This document shows positions 39,101 to 51,789 of a stretch of 64,000 bases of DNA, piece by piece. A program made the translations under genes and the position numbers. The stretch is taken from the NCBI RefSeq assembly GCF_006345805.1, contig NC_043019.1, forward strand, positions 18,351,360 through 18,415,359, written 5' to 3'. Position 1 is the first letter of the stretch; each line of letters opens with the position of its first letter. The stretch comes from Octopus sinensis (lineage: Eukaryota). The notes under the pieces are model-generated. The model was not told the DNA's origin. It made no database searches and worked only from the letters and a program-made list of their open reading frames with translations.

Positions 39101-41757
39101 ATTCATATACACTCTCGTATTTGTCTCCCCTTCATTCATATACACTCTCGTATTTGTCTCTCCTTCCTTCATATACACTCTCGTATTTGTCTCTCCTTCC
39201 ATCATATACACTCTCGTCTTTGTCTCTCCTTCCTTCATATACACTCTCACATTTGTCTCTCCCTTCTTCATATACACTCTCGTATTTGTCTCTCCTTCCT
39301 TCATATACACTCTCGTATTTGTCTCTCCTTCCTTCATATACACTCTCACATTTGTCTCTACTTCCTTCATATACACTCTCACATTTGTCTCTCCTTCCTT
39401 CATATACACTCTCACATTTGTCTCTACTTCCTTCATATACACTCCCGTATTTGTCTCTCCTTCCATCATATACACTCTCGTCTTTGTCTCTCCTTCCTTC
39501 ATATACACTCTCACATTTGTCTCTACTTCCTTCATATACACTCTCGTATTTGTCTCTCCTTCCTTCATATACACTCTCACATTTGTCTCTACTTTTTTCA
39601 TATACACTCTCGTATTTGTCTCTCCTTCCTTCATATACACTTTCGTATTTGTCTCTCCTTCCTTCATATACACTCTCATATTTGTCTCTCCTTCCTTTCT
39701 ATACACTCTCGTATTTGTCTCTCCTTCCTTCATATACACTTTAATATTTGTCTCTCCTTCCTTCATATACACTCTCGTATTTGTCTCTCCTTCCTTCATG
39801 TACACTCTCATATTTGTCTCTCCTTCCTTTCTATACACTCTCGTATTTGTCTCTCCTTCCTTCATATACATTCTCGTATTTGTCTCTCCTTCCATCATTT
39901 ACACTCTCGTATTTGTCTCTCATTCCTTTATATACACTCTTAAATTTGTCTCTCCTTCCATCATATACACTCTCGTCTTTGTCTCTCCTTCCTTCATATA
40001 CACTCTCGTATTTGTCTCTCCTTCCTTCATATACACTCTCGTATTTGTCTCCCCTTCATTCATATACACTCTCGTATTTGTCTCTCCTTCCTTCATATAC
40101 ACTCTCGTATTTGTCTCTCCTTCCTTCATATACACTCTTATATTTTTCTCTCCTTCCTCATATACACTCTTGTATTTGTCTCTCCTTCCATCATATACAC
40201 TCTCGTATTTGTCTCTCTTTCCTTCATATACACTCTCGTATTTGTCTCTCCTTCCATCATATACGCTATCGTATTTGTCTCTCCTTCCTTCATATACACT
40301 CTCGTATTTGTCTCTCCTTCCTTCATATACACTCTAATATTTGTCTCTCCTTCCTTCATATACACTCTCGTATTTGTCTCTCCTTCATTCATGTACACTC
40401 TCATATTTGTCTCTCCTTCCTTCATATACTCTCTCGTATTTGTCTCTCCTTCCTTCATGTACATTCTCGTATTTGTCTCTCATTCCTTTATATACACTTT
40501 CAAATTTGTCTCTCCTTCCATCATATACACTCTCGTCTTTGTCTCTCCTTCCTTCATATACACTCTCGTATTTGTCTCTCCTTCCTTCATATACACTCTC
40601 GTATTTGTCTCTCCTTCCTTCATATACACTCTCATATTTGTCTCTCCTTCCTTCATATACACTCTCGTATTTTTCTCTCCTTCCTTCATATACACTCTCG
40701 TATTTGTCTCTCCTTCCATCATATACACTCTCGTCTTTGTCTCTCCTTCCTTCATATACACTCTCACATTTGTCTCTCCCTCCTTCATATACACTCTCGT
40801 ATTTGTCTCTCCTTCCTTCATATACACTCTCGTATTTGTCTCTCCTTCCTTCATATACACTCTCACATTTGTCTCTACTTCCTTCATATACACTCTCACA
40901 TTTGTCTCTCCTTCCTTCATATACACTCTCACATTTGTCTCTACTTCATTCATATACACTCTCGTATTTGTCTCTCCTTCCATCATATACACTCTCGTCT
41001 TTGTCTCACCTTCCTTCATATACACTCTCACATTTGTCTCTACTTCCTTCATATACTCTCTCGTATTTGTCTCTCCTTCCTTCATATACACTCTCACATT
41101 TGTCTCTACTTTTTTCATATACACTCTCGTATTTGTCTCTCCTTCCTTCATATACACTTTCGTATTTGTCTCTCCTTCCTTCATATACACTCTCATATTT
41201 GTCTCTCCTTCCTTTCTATACACTCTCGTATTTGTCTCTCCTTCCTTCATATACACTTTCATATTTGTCTCTCCTTCCTTCATATACACTCTCGTATTTG
41301 TCTCTCCTTCCTTCATATACACTCTCATATTTGTCTCTCCTTCCTTTCTATACACTCTCGTATTTGTCTCTCCTTCCTTCATATACACTCTCGTATTTGT
41401 CTCTCCTTCCTTCATATACACACTAATTTTTGTCTCTCCTTCCTTCATATACACTCTCGTATTTGTCTCTCCTTCCTTCATATACACTCTCGTATTTGTC
41501 TCTCCTTCCTTCATATACACTCTCGTATTTTTCTCTCCTTCCTTCATATACACTCTCGTATTTGTCTCTCCTTCCTTCATATACACTCTCGTATTTGTCT
41601 CTCCTTCCTTCATATACACTCTCGTATTTGTGTCTCCTTCCTTCATATACACTCTCGTATTTGTTTCTCCTTCCTTCATATACACTCTCCTATTTATCTC
41701 TCCTTCCTTCATATACACTCTCGTATTTGTCTCTCCTTCTATCATATACACCCTCTT
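27123..41757 (+). repeat. 33-bp (31-bp variants) pyrimidine-rich minisatellite, ~445 units, in DHRS11 intron 1
   Basis: Consensus tttgtctctccttccttcatatacactctcgta; a stop-free 33-mer explains the YTLVFVSPSFI / HIHSRICLSFL / SYLSLLPSYTL / RVYMKEGETNT ORFs. Confidence 0.98.
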
Positions 41758-41778
41758 AAGTAAATGATAAATAATATG

Positions 41779-41967
41779 TGCAGGTGTAGCTGTGTGGTAA
41801 GAAATTTGCTCCCCAACCATGTGGTTCTGGGTTCAGTCTCATTGAATCGCACCTGGAGGAACTGTATTCTTCTATAGCTTTGGGCTGACCAAAGCCTTGT
41901 GAGTGGATTTGGTAGATAGAAAATGAAAGAAGCCGATCGTGTGTATGTGTATGTATGTGTGCGTGTA

Positions 41968-42008
<41 letters not shown>

Positions 42009-42360
42009 TTACATGTGTGTGCTTGTGTTTGTCCCTGTCACACTGCTTGCCAACTGGTGTTGGTGTGTTTATGTCCCAGTAACTTAGTAGTTTGACCGAG
42101 CAAACTGATAGAATAAGTATCAGGCTTAGAAATATGTAGGGAGGTCGATTTGTGACACACATGATGGTTGTAGACAGTGTCACCCCATTGAAGCAGAGAC
42201 CCTTGTCTTCAGCCTTCCATGAAAACATGTCGAGCTATGGGAAAATATTAACCTTGCTTGAAGGACAGGTGAGGGTTGGCAGTAGGAAGAGCACCTGGCC
42301 TTAGAAAATCTACTTTAACAATTTCTGCTTGACCTCTGGCAGCATGGAGAAATGCACATA
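41779..42360 (+). mobile_element. Older tRNA-derived SINE, composite
   Basis: Head gcaggtgtagctgtgtggtaagaaatttgc...ggttcagtctc, internal TA/TG microsatellite, body similar to the 23369 family. Confidence 0.75.
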
Positions 42361-42716
42361 AAAAGCAATGAGGATTGATCTTGTAAACTAAAGCTCCCCT
42401 GTAGTTCACCCCCACATCCTGTCACACTTAGGCTTAGAAACAATTGACAGAAAGTCAGGAGAGATAGATCGTGTTGCGTAGCTTAGTATATTTCTTCAAC
42501 TATATAAATTAAATGTTTTGTAACAATCATGATATCAGGTTGAATAAAAAGGAAGAAACATTTTGAACCTTCAAGAATTTGTAGGGGATTTCTGCAGAGT
42601 TTTGAATTTTTCTGTAAACATTTCTTTGCAATTGTCTGATAATACAGACATAGACTTGCCCATATACATCAATAAATTAACATTGATATTTTATTGACTG
42701 TTGTTACAATCATCTG

Positions 42717-45700
42717 CAATTGATCGGTTGGTTTGGATGTTTTTTTGGTAGTTATTGTGATTTTTGTTGATATTATTGTTGGATTTATTACCGTTTTGTT
42801 GAACTTTTATTGTTTTTGTTTTAAAACATTCTATTTTTCTGCCTTTTGGCAGATTTGTTAACGGTTTCCCCATTGGGGAATTTTTTCTCTTCTTTGAAAC
42901 TTTTTTTCTTATGTTGTGCATAAGCTCATCAGATGTATCTTCGTCACATGAAGATTTGAATGAACAAATTCAGGAGTTATACAGAAAATTGTTAAAAGAC
43001 ACAAAAGAAATGAAAATTACAGGTGGAAAACAAAAAGTTAACAACTTTATGGCTGTTGCCGGCGTCAACAGGGAAGACTTGAATCTTGGAAAACAAGATC
43101 TAGGCAAATTTAAAGGAATGCTTCAACGAGAGGTATATGCGATCAAACTTACCTCTCTCAGGGATGTGATGCATGATACCACTCAGAAAACTATCGTCTT
43201 TAAGACAGTATCAGTTAAGGTAAAAAAAAACTGGATAGAATAACCAATGAACAGGCAGGAAATTGCCTACAACCAATCTGGCAAGATATTGTGTATCTTG
43301 CCAGAGGGAATTAGTTTGCAATGATAGAGGTTCGATTCCGAATTGAAGATAAGGCCAGGCAACACTCAACGTCACCTCTGAGATCGAACAAAGTGGTGCT
43401 CCTACCTACCTACTTGGGAAGGTGAACTTCCCAGATGAAGATAGGAGAAATCTCACTGGAGGTCAACGCTGCCTGACTGGTAGTCGCTACTATCTTAGGC
43501 TTGGAGGATAAAGTGACAATTCTCCATACCACAAAAATTCACCAGCAAAATTGGCAGGGCCTAGGCCAAGAAATATTATTACAGGCCTTGCAAGATGACC
43601 TAGAATTGATTGCAGACACCATACGGGTAGAGGATGTAATGAGCCTGAGAGTAATGGTGGAGGGCAGAAAGCCAAGATGTTTTAAGTGCGGCCAAAAGGG
43701 GCACATAAGATTGGAGTGCTTTTCACCAGTAAAAATAAGCTCGCCCACCCACTGTGGAAACAGTCACACCTCCTACAGTGGCAGTGGTCAAAGAGACAAG
43801 GAGAGAGGAGCAGCAAAATATGAAAAGAAAGATGCAAGCCTTGGACAGGAAATGGAGTACAGTATCCAGGAGGAAAAAGAAAAGATCCCACCCTTCTTCC
43901 ATGGACACTTGTCCCCAGCCCATGCTCACAGACATTGACACCCAAATGGCTTCCACAGTCACCAATACCCAGTCCTCCACCTCTAACACTAATCTCCCCT
44001 CTCCCCCTGAGTTACAAACATACATGCAGAATCCTCAAATTTCCCCCACCTCTCAAAAAAAGTTATATTACTGCTTATGATACAAACAATGAAAAGTTAA
44101 AAAAGGAAATTGCCATGTTACAAAATGTGCAAACGTTTACCAGAGCTCAAATCAATGAAATTCCCACCCACATACGTTTTATTTACATCGATGTGGGCCA
44201 ACCACAAACATTTAAAAAAAACTATTTCCAGAGGAGGTTGGCCCTCTAAGAAAAACATTTTCAACAGCTTTGTTCAATAGACTCATCAACATGTTCCCAC
44301 AGATTATGGATGATGAAGAGGGTTAAGCCTTCTCCAGTAAAGGCAAGACCGTTTTTTTGATTCTCTAAATGTAGGATGTATAAATGTGTGCAGCCTGGGA
44401 TTGATCAGAAAGCAGGGTTACCTCTGTGATGATCTCAGGTCACATAGACTGGATGTTGTTATTACTGAAGCCAGACAGAGTGGACCGCAAGCTTTCTCAC
44501 CCGTGCTAAACAACTACAAGAAAATTATTTCTCCATGTCAACTGGCAGGGACGGGTGGTGGTGTCGTGATTCTTCTCAGGAAGACTTTAAAGTTACTGAT
44601 AAGAACAATTTTTGTTGACCCGGAGGGCAGGCTGTTCGTTATTGATGTGATGCACAGCAGTAGTAAATCCTTCAAGTTGGTGACTATCTACACTCCTTGT
44701 AGAGTGGAGCAGTCCAACTTTTTTCAAAGTCTTGAAAATTTTCTTGGCATGTCACACACTTTAGTGTTGTTAAGAGACTTTAACACAATCTGTTATGCAT
44801 GTGTAGATTATGTTGGCTCAATTTCTGTTAGGAGGGGTAACTCATGCCTCAATGATCTACTCAGTCGCTTTCAGGTGGCAGACCATTACAGACTAGAATT
44901 TCCGGACGTTCCAGTGTGAACCTGGTCTAATAGTGACGGATCTTCTGGGTTTTACCTAGATACCAATAATAATAATAATAATGATGAAATTATTGTATAC
45001 AGTGCTCTGGTGCATCACAACTTGTCAAAAGTGTGTATAAAGCATATGCAGTAATGTACAAATGTCTGGGAAGTGAACAGTGTATGAATCAGATACATGC
45101 TTGCATGTGTATGGAGGGGAGAAAATCAGGTGTAGTGTTGGCGAATCTCAGAAAGCATGGAAGTTTTGAAGGATGCAGTGCTCCGACAACTAACAACTGA
45201 TGCCGGCTGTTTGTTCCATGCTTCAGCAACTCTTAGAGTGAAAAAATGTTTCCAAGAATAATGGGAGCTGTGCTGTTTTCTGATTTTGTAAACATGTCCA
45301 CGGGTGTTAGGCAGGTGGAGTTTGAAAAGGTGCTCAGAGTTCTTGTTAGTAAGATGGTTAATAATTTTATGGGTGCCTGCCAAGTCAGCTACCAGATGTT
45401 GGAGTTTCGATGTGTCCATGTCCAGGGAAGTAAGGCGTTCGGAATATGGCAAATGCCTGATGGAGGGTATTCTCTTGGTTGCACGTCGCAGAACAGTTTC
45501 CAGACGATTAATATCCTGGGCAAGATAGGGGTTCCAGACCGGTGATGCAAATTCCAGGTGAGGCCACACCATAGCTATATAAAGCCTCAGATGGATAGCC
45601 GGAGAGCAGCTCACAAGGGACTTAGTGAGTGATGCCAAGACACCCTCAGCCTTCTTGACAATTTTAGCGATGTGTTTTGTCCAATGCAAATCGCTGTTGA

Positions 45701-48632
45701 CAATAATGCCCAGGTCACATTCACAAGAAGACTTTTTGAGATTAGTGTTGTGGAGGGAGTGAGTAGACGCTGGGTTTTTCCTCCCAAAATGCATGGTGGT
45801 ACATTTGTCCACAGCCAGCTTGAGTTGCCAGTCCATGATCCACTGCTGCATTGTGTCCAGGTATGCTTGCAATAGAGATCTATAGTGTACAGGATCTGAC
45901 CTCTTTATTTCGAGGTACAGCTTGATGTCATCTGCATATTTCAGCACTGTGGCATTCTTTAAGTTGGCATCTATGTCATTAACATATGCAACAAATAAAA
46001 GGGGGCCAAGAACAGATCCCTGTGGTACACCAGATGTCATCTCATAAGGTGAAGAGTGCTGTCCTAGAACTGTGACAACCTCTTTTCGGCCGATAATGGA
46101 ATGAGCAGTGGAATGAGCAGGAATCAACACTGTTATATAGGCCCGTGAGGTAGAGACCCAATGTGGCAATGATGCTACAATAAGGTCTTGGATGAGTCAG
46201 CAGGAGCATTTGATAACTGAACCCAAGGTAATGTGTAAGGTTTTTCAGGAGCATTTCGCCCAGCTTTTCAGGAGGGGCGGTGGACTGGAGCGTACGAGGG
46301 ACATCACAGACTTTCTTGCCTGTTTGCTGTGCCTCTCAGGGTGGGAAGCAGAATGCTGTGAGGGATTCGTCACAGCTGCAGAAATAGAAGAGGCCTCATT
46401 GGACTGTAGCGGGAACAAGTCGCCGGGACTGGATGGTCTTCTCTATAAGCTTTATTACAGAATGCCAGACTTGTTTGGGCACCTGCTGGCATGCACCAAC
46501 ACCAACTGGCAGCAGAACAAGTTTATACCCAGATCTGTGAGCTGGGAGGTTGTGGAGCTGCTAAGAAAGGACACAAACAAGGGGGATAAGACAGACAATT
46601 TCAGGCCTATCACTCTGCTTAACTCAGAGTTGAAGATTTTGGTCAAGGTATTAGCTAAAAGGTTGGCACATGTTGCGGGTGGACTCAATTGGGGAAGCGC
46701 AAACTTGGGCCATTCTTGGCAGATCCATCCAGGACAATCTCCATCTTGTACGCTATACCTTAGAGAGGGTAAGTAGATTTTCTGGCAAGGGCAGGGCTTT
46801 GGTTCATTTAGACCAATCAAAAGCCTTTGACAGGTTTGACCATCAGTATCTGGTGACGGTCCTTGCAGAGTTTGAGCTTGGCCCATCATTCCATAGTTGG
46901 ATCTTAACACTTTATAGCAACATTGAATCGGTCATTCAGGTGTATGGCTTCTTTTCAGAGCCATTCAACATCAAGTGTTCGGTGCATCAAGGATGTCCCC
47001 TTTTCCCATTTCTGTATGTGCTGGCTTTGGAGACTTTACTGCGGAAGTTGGAGGGCATGAGGGGTGTCCTGTGAGATCTCGGTTGTGGAAAATCACTTTT
47101 GGCATATGCGGATGACATCACCATCATCATCTCCAAAGTGGAACACCTACAGAGGGTAGGCAATGCCATTAAGGATTATGAGGCAGTAGCATGAGCTAAG
47201 ATTAACTGTGATAAGTCAGTCAGCTTGCAGCTTGGCACCTGTAGAGGTAAGTCAATACATCCCAACAACATCATCGGTCATTGGACAGAGGGTCCGGTTA
47301 AGATGCTAGGGTTCTGGTTCGAGCCAGATCTCCAGACAGAGAAGAATTGGAGTGCGGTGGCGAGCAGGGTGGCTCACCTAACTCGGACCTGGTCTAAATG
47401 GTGGTTGTCCCTGAAAGGGAGGATGGCGGTTACAGATGTATTTATTGCATCTGTGATTACCTAGCACCTGACCATTGTGCCATGCCTGATTCGTGGCTAA
47501 ACAAGATGGGGTGATTGCTGTACCGCTTTTTGTAGAAGGGCAAGGGTCCACATGTGAGGTGCTAAAGGGTTAGCTTGAGGTGCCTTGGCTGTTGATACAT
47601 AGACATGTGCTGAGGCTGAGGCATCTGTGGCTCTACTTGGATGGTGAGTGGGTGTGGTCTCCGTTTGTCAGACTGATTCTTCCTAAGTTCACCAGTTTTG
47701 GTGAGTTAAAACTGTGGATTAAGTGTAGACCTAAGTTGGGAGTATGGCAGGTCAAATGTCAGCAGGCTCTCGTGCTTCTCTCTTACACAGGTAATGCCAG
47801 TGGTGAGGGTTCCACCTCGTCATTCTATAGAGGGTTAGTAGAGGCAAAGTATGACGATGTCCTGAGGGAAACCCTCAGCTTCGTTGAAATCAGCTTGCTG
47901 GTTTGTTCCGAAGAACATTCGGACCAGGGCCTATAGACAATTTCCAGAGGTCGCTGGCTTGGCAATGTTACCAAGTAGACTTGCCAGTTTGGGATAAACT
48001 CGCTAAGCATGGCTATTCTTGCAAGCCCACTTGCTCAAGATGCAAGCAAAGCAGTGAAACTGTTCTGCACACTATTGTGCAGTACCCGAGGGTATTGGAG
48101 ATGTGGGTTTATGCTGAACATGTTTAGGAAGAGTACAGCTGTCTTCTGAGTCTAGAATAAAGATTCTTCCACCTCCCTCCCTTTCAAGGGAATGGAAGGT
48201 TTGTTTCATTGTGGTGATGGTGACAGCAAAAGAGATGGTATGAAAGTCGCATTTGAGAAGAACAGGGACAGGTGACTTTATCTCCAGCCAAGGGTTAGTA
48301 AACTACTTTATTTGCCAACTCAAAAGGAAAATAAGGATGGAAAGGAGCTGCCTGTGTCTGATTATGTTCGAGAAAAGATGGAAAAAAGTAGCGCCCATGT
48401 TAAGAGTAAATGTGACCCAATAAGGGAAGTCAAAAGGTCAAAAAAAAAAGGTTCAGTGGTTTGTAGGGTTGCACCCCATTCCCCACTTCATTTCTCATAA
48501 TTATTTTATATTTGTTTATATATTTATTTGTTATTAAATTTTTAATCAAATGTTATCATTCAGAATAAATCACCCCGCTGACTCCTTGTCTGTCCCCTCT
48601 TTGTATAGTCCCCTGTGGATAATTAAAGAAAA
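42717..48632 (+). mobile_element. Near full-length degraded L1/Tx1-clade LINE
   Basis: ORF1 with CCHC knuckle CFKCGQKGHIRLEC (43678-43719); APE endonuclease (CINV...TE...RDFN...YLD, ~44370-44960); RT (KSPGLDG, FRPITLLN, DQSKAFD, QGCPL, YADD at 47105); C-terminal CSRC...ETVLH; A-rich tail; TSD aatcatctg at 42708-42716 and 48633-48641. Confidence 0.9.
44965..46097 (-). mobile_element. 5'-truncated CR1-clade LINE inserted antisense into the L1/Tx1 element
   Basis: ORF with SGVPQGSVLGPLLF, YADD, WNPY...RRATK, TRGH...FFTLRVAEAWN; 3' UTR ending in (ATT)n at ~44965. Confidence 0.92.
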
Positions 48633-48643
48633 AATCATCTGAA

Positions 48644-49641
48644 ATGGAATAGTCAAATTGCAGTATTCAAGCAATTTTGCTCTTCATCTTCAAAAAAGGA
48701 TGTAAAGCAGCTGAAACTGAATGCGATATCAACAAAATGTTTGGTGAGGAAATGACCAGTAAGTGGTCAGCTTGAAAATGGTTTAAACGATTTCACAGTT
48801 GAGACCTGAGCCTTGAAGATTGCAAGTGTAGTGGACGCCCATCTGTCATCAATGATGGTCAATTAAAGACTGTCATTGAGAAAGATTCACATAAAACAAC
48901 ACAAGAACTGGCAAAAGAACTTCAAGTGAGCTAGAAAACTGCCTGCAACCATTTGCATGAGATCAGAAAAACATAAAAGTTCAACAAATGGGTACCACAC
49001 AATTTGAATGAAAATCAGAAAATGCACAGATATGAAATTTGCTTGTCATTTCTCCTCCATAACCAGGCTGATCCATTTCCCGATCGTATAGTAACTTGTG
49101 ACGAAAAGTGGATAATAAATGTTCTTTGCAGTGGTTGGATCAAAATGAAGCAGTGGAAACCTTCCCTAAACCCAAGCCCTTCAAAAAGAAGGTTATGGTG
49201 ACTGTTTGGTGGTGTTGTACTGCTAGACTCATCCACTATAATTTCTTAAAACCGGGAAAAACCATTACTGCAGAAACATATTTCTATGAAATTATCAAAA
49301 TGAATGAAAGACTGATACTCCGCCATCCCAGACTGGTCAACAGAAGAAGGCCAATCATTCTTCAAGACAATGCTTGACCACACATATCACTGATGCTCCA
49401 GAAGTTGGAGGAACTTGGCTACAAAGTTCTTCCCCACCCAGCTTATTCCCCAGACCTTTCTCCTACCGACTACCATTTTCTCAAGCACCTTGATGGTTTC
49501 AAAAATCAAACTGATGCTGAAAATATGTTCAAAGAGTTCATCAGTTCCAGAACTCCAGATTTTTATGTTAGCAGAATAAACAAACTTGTAACTCGTTGGC
49601 AAAAATGTGTTGATTGTCATGGTACTTACTTTGATGAATAA
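48644..49641 (+). pseudogene. Mariner transposase pseudogene
   Basis: KWFKRF...SGRPS, WVPHNL, IVTCDEKW, QDNA, HPAYSPDLSPTDYH motifs; several stops and a frameshift. Confidence 0.93.
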
Positions 49642-49997
49642 AAATTCTGCATTGTTGAAATATATTGTGATGAATTTCATGTTTCAAAATGTTGCTAACC
49701 TTTAACTCAGCCTGATAAATATTAGCTCTCAAGCATTATCCATTGTTAATCTATTAATGATAATGAGCATTTAATCTATTTACTTATGTATTAGCTACCA
49801 TCAAATCCACAGTTAATCTCATGCATTGTAATATATTGTTAAATCTCTGAGTTGACATTTCCCTCTTAATTTACTCATTATTCACTGATTGTTAAGTTTC
49901 TGGTTAATCCAGTTAACTATTGTTAATCTGTTCTTAAATATCTTTTAATCTGTTATCCAATGTTAATCAACTGTTTTCTGTTGCTAATCTATCCCAG

Positions 49998-50201
49998 GAA
50001 ATCTCTGATGAACTGAAAGGTGAAGCCGGTTCCTTGTTAGCCTTGAAATGTGACCTCAACAATGAGTCTGATATCCTGTCTATGTTTGGGACCATCAAGT
50101 CCCATTATGGAGGAGTGGATGTGTGCATCAACAATGCAGGACTGGCCCACGCTGAGCCACTGCTTACTGGGGACACTAACAAATGGCGGGAGATGTTCAA
50201 T
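49998..50201 (+). CDS. DHRS11: DHRS11-like coding exon 2
   Basis: EISDELKGEAGSLLALKCDL...GGVDVCINNAGLAHAEPLLTGDTNKWREMFN; NNAG motif; cag/gtaagt; phase 0-0. Confidence 0.95.
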
Positions 50202-50698
50202 GTAAGTGGTTTCTTGTCCTTGATTGCTAATGGAAGCAGCCAGCATAGAAAATATTGTTAGAATTATTTTTTGTTTCCAAGCTTCTTGTGGCAGTGTTAT
50301 GTTGAGTTTCCCTGCCTTCAAAAATCTTGGTTCTCTGCAAGAATCTATGCCATGATGATTGATATTGAAGCATGGATCTTGAAAGTGGAAATTCTACAAA
50401 AGTTGCAAAAATATTAGCTCGAAAATGTAGGGTCCATGTGATCTGAAAATGTGCCTTGGTGCGAAAGGCATGAATCACCTGTAAGGAAGTTGGCTGCATT
50501 GATAAAGATTAATTAACTCAAGATTAATTAGGACTAGACATTTGGATGTGTCGTTTTCTTCATAAACTAAAATTAATTGTAACCTTGGAGACATATCACT
50601 GCTGAATGTTTTGTTTGTAATAGTTTATGCAAAGAGTGTAGAAATGGTTAAGTCCACCTGGGTAACAACATCTCCTTCCAATTTATTGTCAATGAAAT

Positions 50699-51010
50699 AG
50701 CTTAACTTTAAACTGATACTCTGTTCGTTACGATGACAAGGATCCCAGTTAATCCGATCAATGGAATGGCCTGCTTGTGAAATTAATGTGCAAGTGGCTG
50801 AGTACTCCACAGACATGTGTGCCCTTAACATAGTTCTCAGGGAGATTCAGCAGGACACGGAGTGTAACAACGCTGGCCCTTTGAATTTTGCCAGCTGAGT
50901 TAACTGGAGCAACGTGAAGTAAAGTGTCTTGCTTGAGGACACACCACACCACTGGGTATTGAACCTAAGACCTTATGATCAGGAGCCTAATGCCCTGACC
51001 ACTAAGCTAC
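50699..51010 (-). mobile_element. tRNA-derived SINE remnant, minus strand
   Basis: Reverse complement gives a tRNA-like head (tagcttagtggtcagggc...ggttcaatacc...gtcctcaagcaagacactt). Confidence 0.6.
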
Positions 51011-51227
51011 CCAGTCCAGATGGATCTAATTAGCTTAACTAGAAATTGAAGCTGGATCGTAGATAATACGTCCAGGACACCAAATCCAAAGCAATCCAAT
51101 ATCCTTCACTCGTAAAACTCCTGTCAATGTATTCCAGACATGCCCACCTCTAAGCGCTGGTTACATATCTGTACATGGAACCTCAAGAAATGATTAAATG
51201 CTATCACTTTCCATTTTTTGTCTGCAG

Positions 51228-51322
51228 GTGAATGTCTTGGCTCTTAGCATCTGTACAAGAGAATCTTTTAAATCCATGACGGAACGAAATGTGATGGATG
51301 GTCATTTCATCCACATAAATAG
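51228..51322 (+). CDS. DHRS11: DHRS11-like coding exon 3
   Basis: VNVLALSICTRESFKSMTERNVMDGHFIHIN(S); tctgcag acceptor and gt donor; 95 nt, ends in phase 2. Confidence 0.95.
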
Positions 51323-51571
51323 GTCTGCTATTTTGGTTTCTTATATGGTTTAGTGTGGGTGGGGTAACATAAAACACTGGATCCTAATCGGTGCTTCTGT
51401 TTTTGGGTGGCTTATGTTTTGCTTTCTTTGGGTGAGTTGCAGCACTTGCCCAGCCTGAAGAGCAACAGTCCCAAGTGAGTGACCAGCAATGGTAACATTG
51501 CTCCAAATGGGTGCAAAGTACCTCACAACAAACAGCACTTCAAAAATACTATTGTGTATCATTTCACGTCC

Positions 51572-51789
51572 GGGCCATGACTGCTGAGGACATGCGTAAA
51601 CTCGCAAGGAATGAAGCCAGTATGCTCCGATGGATGTGTAATGTCTGTGCATACTCAACAGAGTGTTAGTTCCTTGAGAGAAAGGTTGGACCTAAGAAGC
51701 ATCAGATGTGGTGTGCAAGAGAGATGACTGCGCTGGTATGGTCATGTGGCGAGAATGGATGTGGATAGCTGTGTGAAAAAGTGCCAATG
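51572..51789 (+). mobile_element. Internal fragment of an RTE-clade LINE between 26-bp direct repeats
   Basis: Translates to AMTAEDMRKLARNEASMLRWMC...LRWYGHVARM; atactattgtgtatcatttcacgtcc at 51546-51571 and 51790-51815. Confidence 0.8.

Larger units (their letters stand above)
42533..49717 (+). mobile_element. Mariner (DD34D) DNA transposon, split by a LINE insertion
   Basis: Imperfect TIRs TA-tcaggttgaataaaaaggaagaaacattttgaa (42533) and ttcaaaatgttgctaacctttaactcagcctga-TA (49717); transposase remnant at 48644-49641. Confidence 0.88.

Noticed and set aside
27126-41820. Long repetitive ORFs up to 1041 aa as structural or membrane proteins
   Set aside because: Open in several frames on both strands because the 33-mer is stop-free; frames switch at 31-bp units; located inside a DHRS11 intron
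45126-46169. 347-aa RT ORF as an active or domesticated gene
   Set aside because: 5'-truncated CR1; its apparent N-terminus is antisense host-LINE sequence; upstream RT motifs and endonuclease are absent
49393-49641. SETMAR-like gene
   Set aside because: No SET domain; the transposase has stops and a frameshift and lies between TIRs
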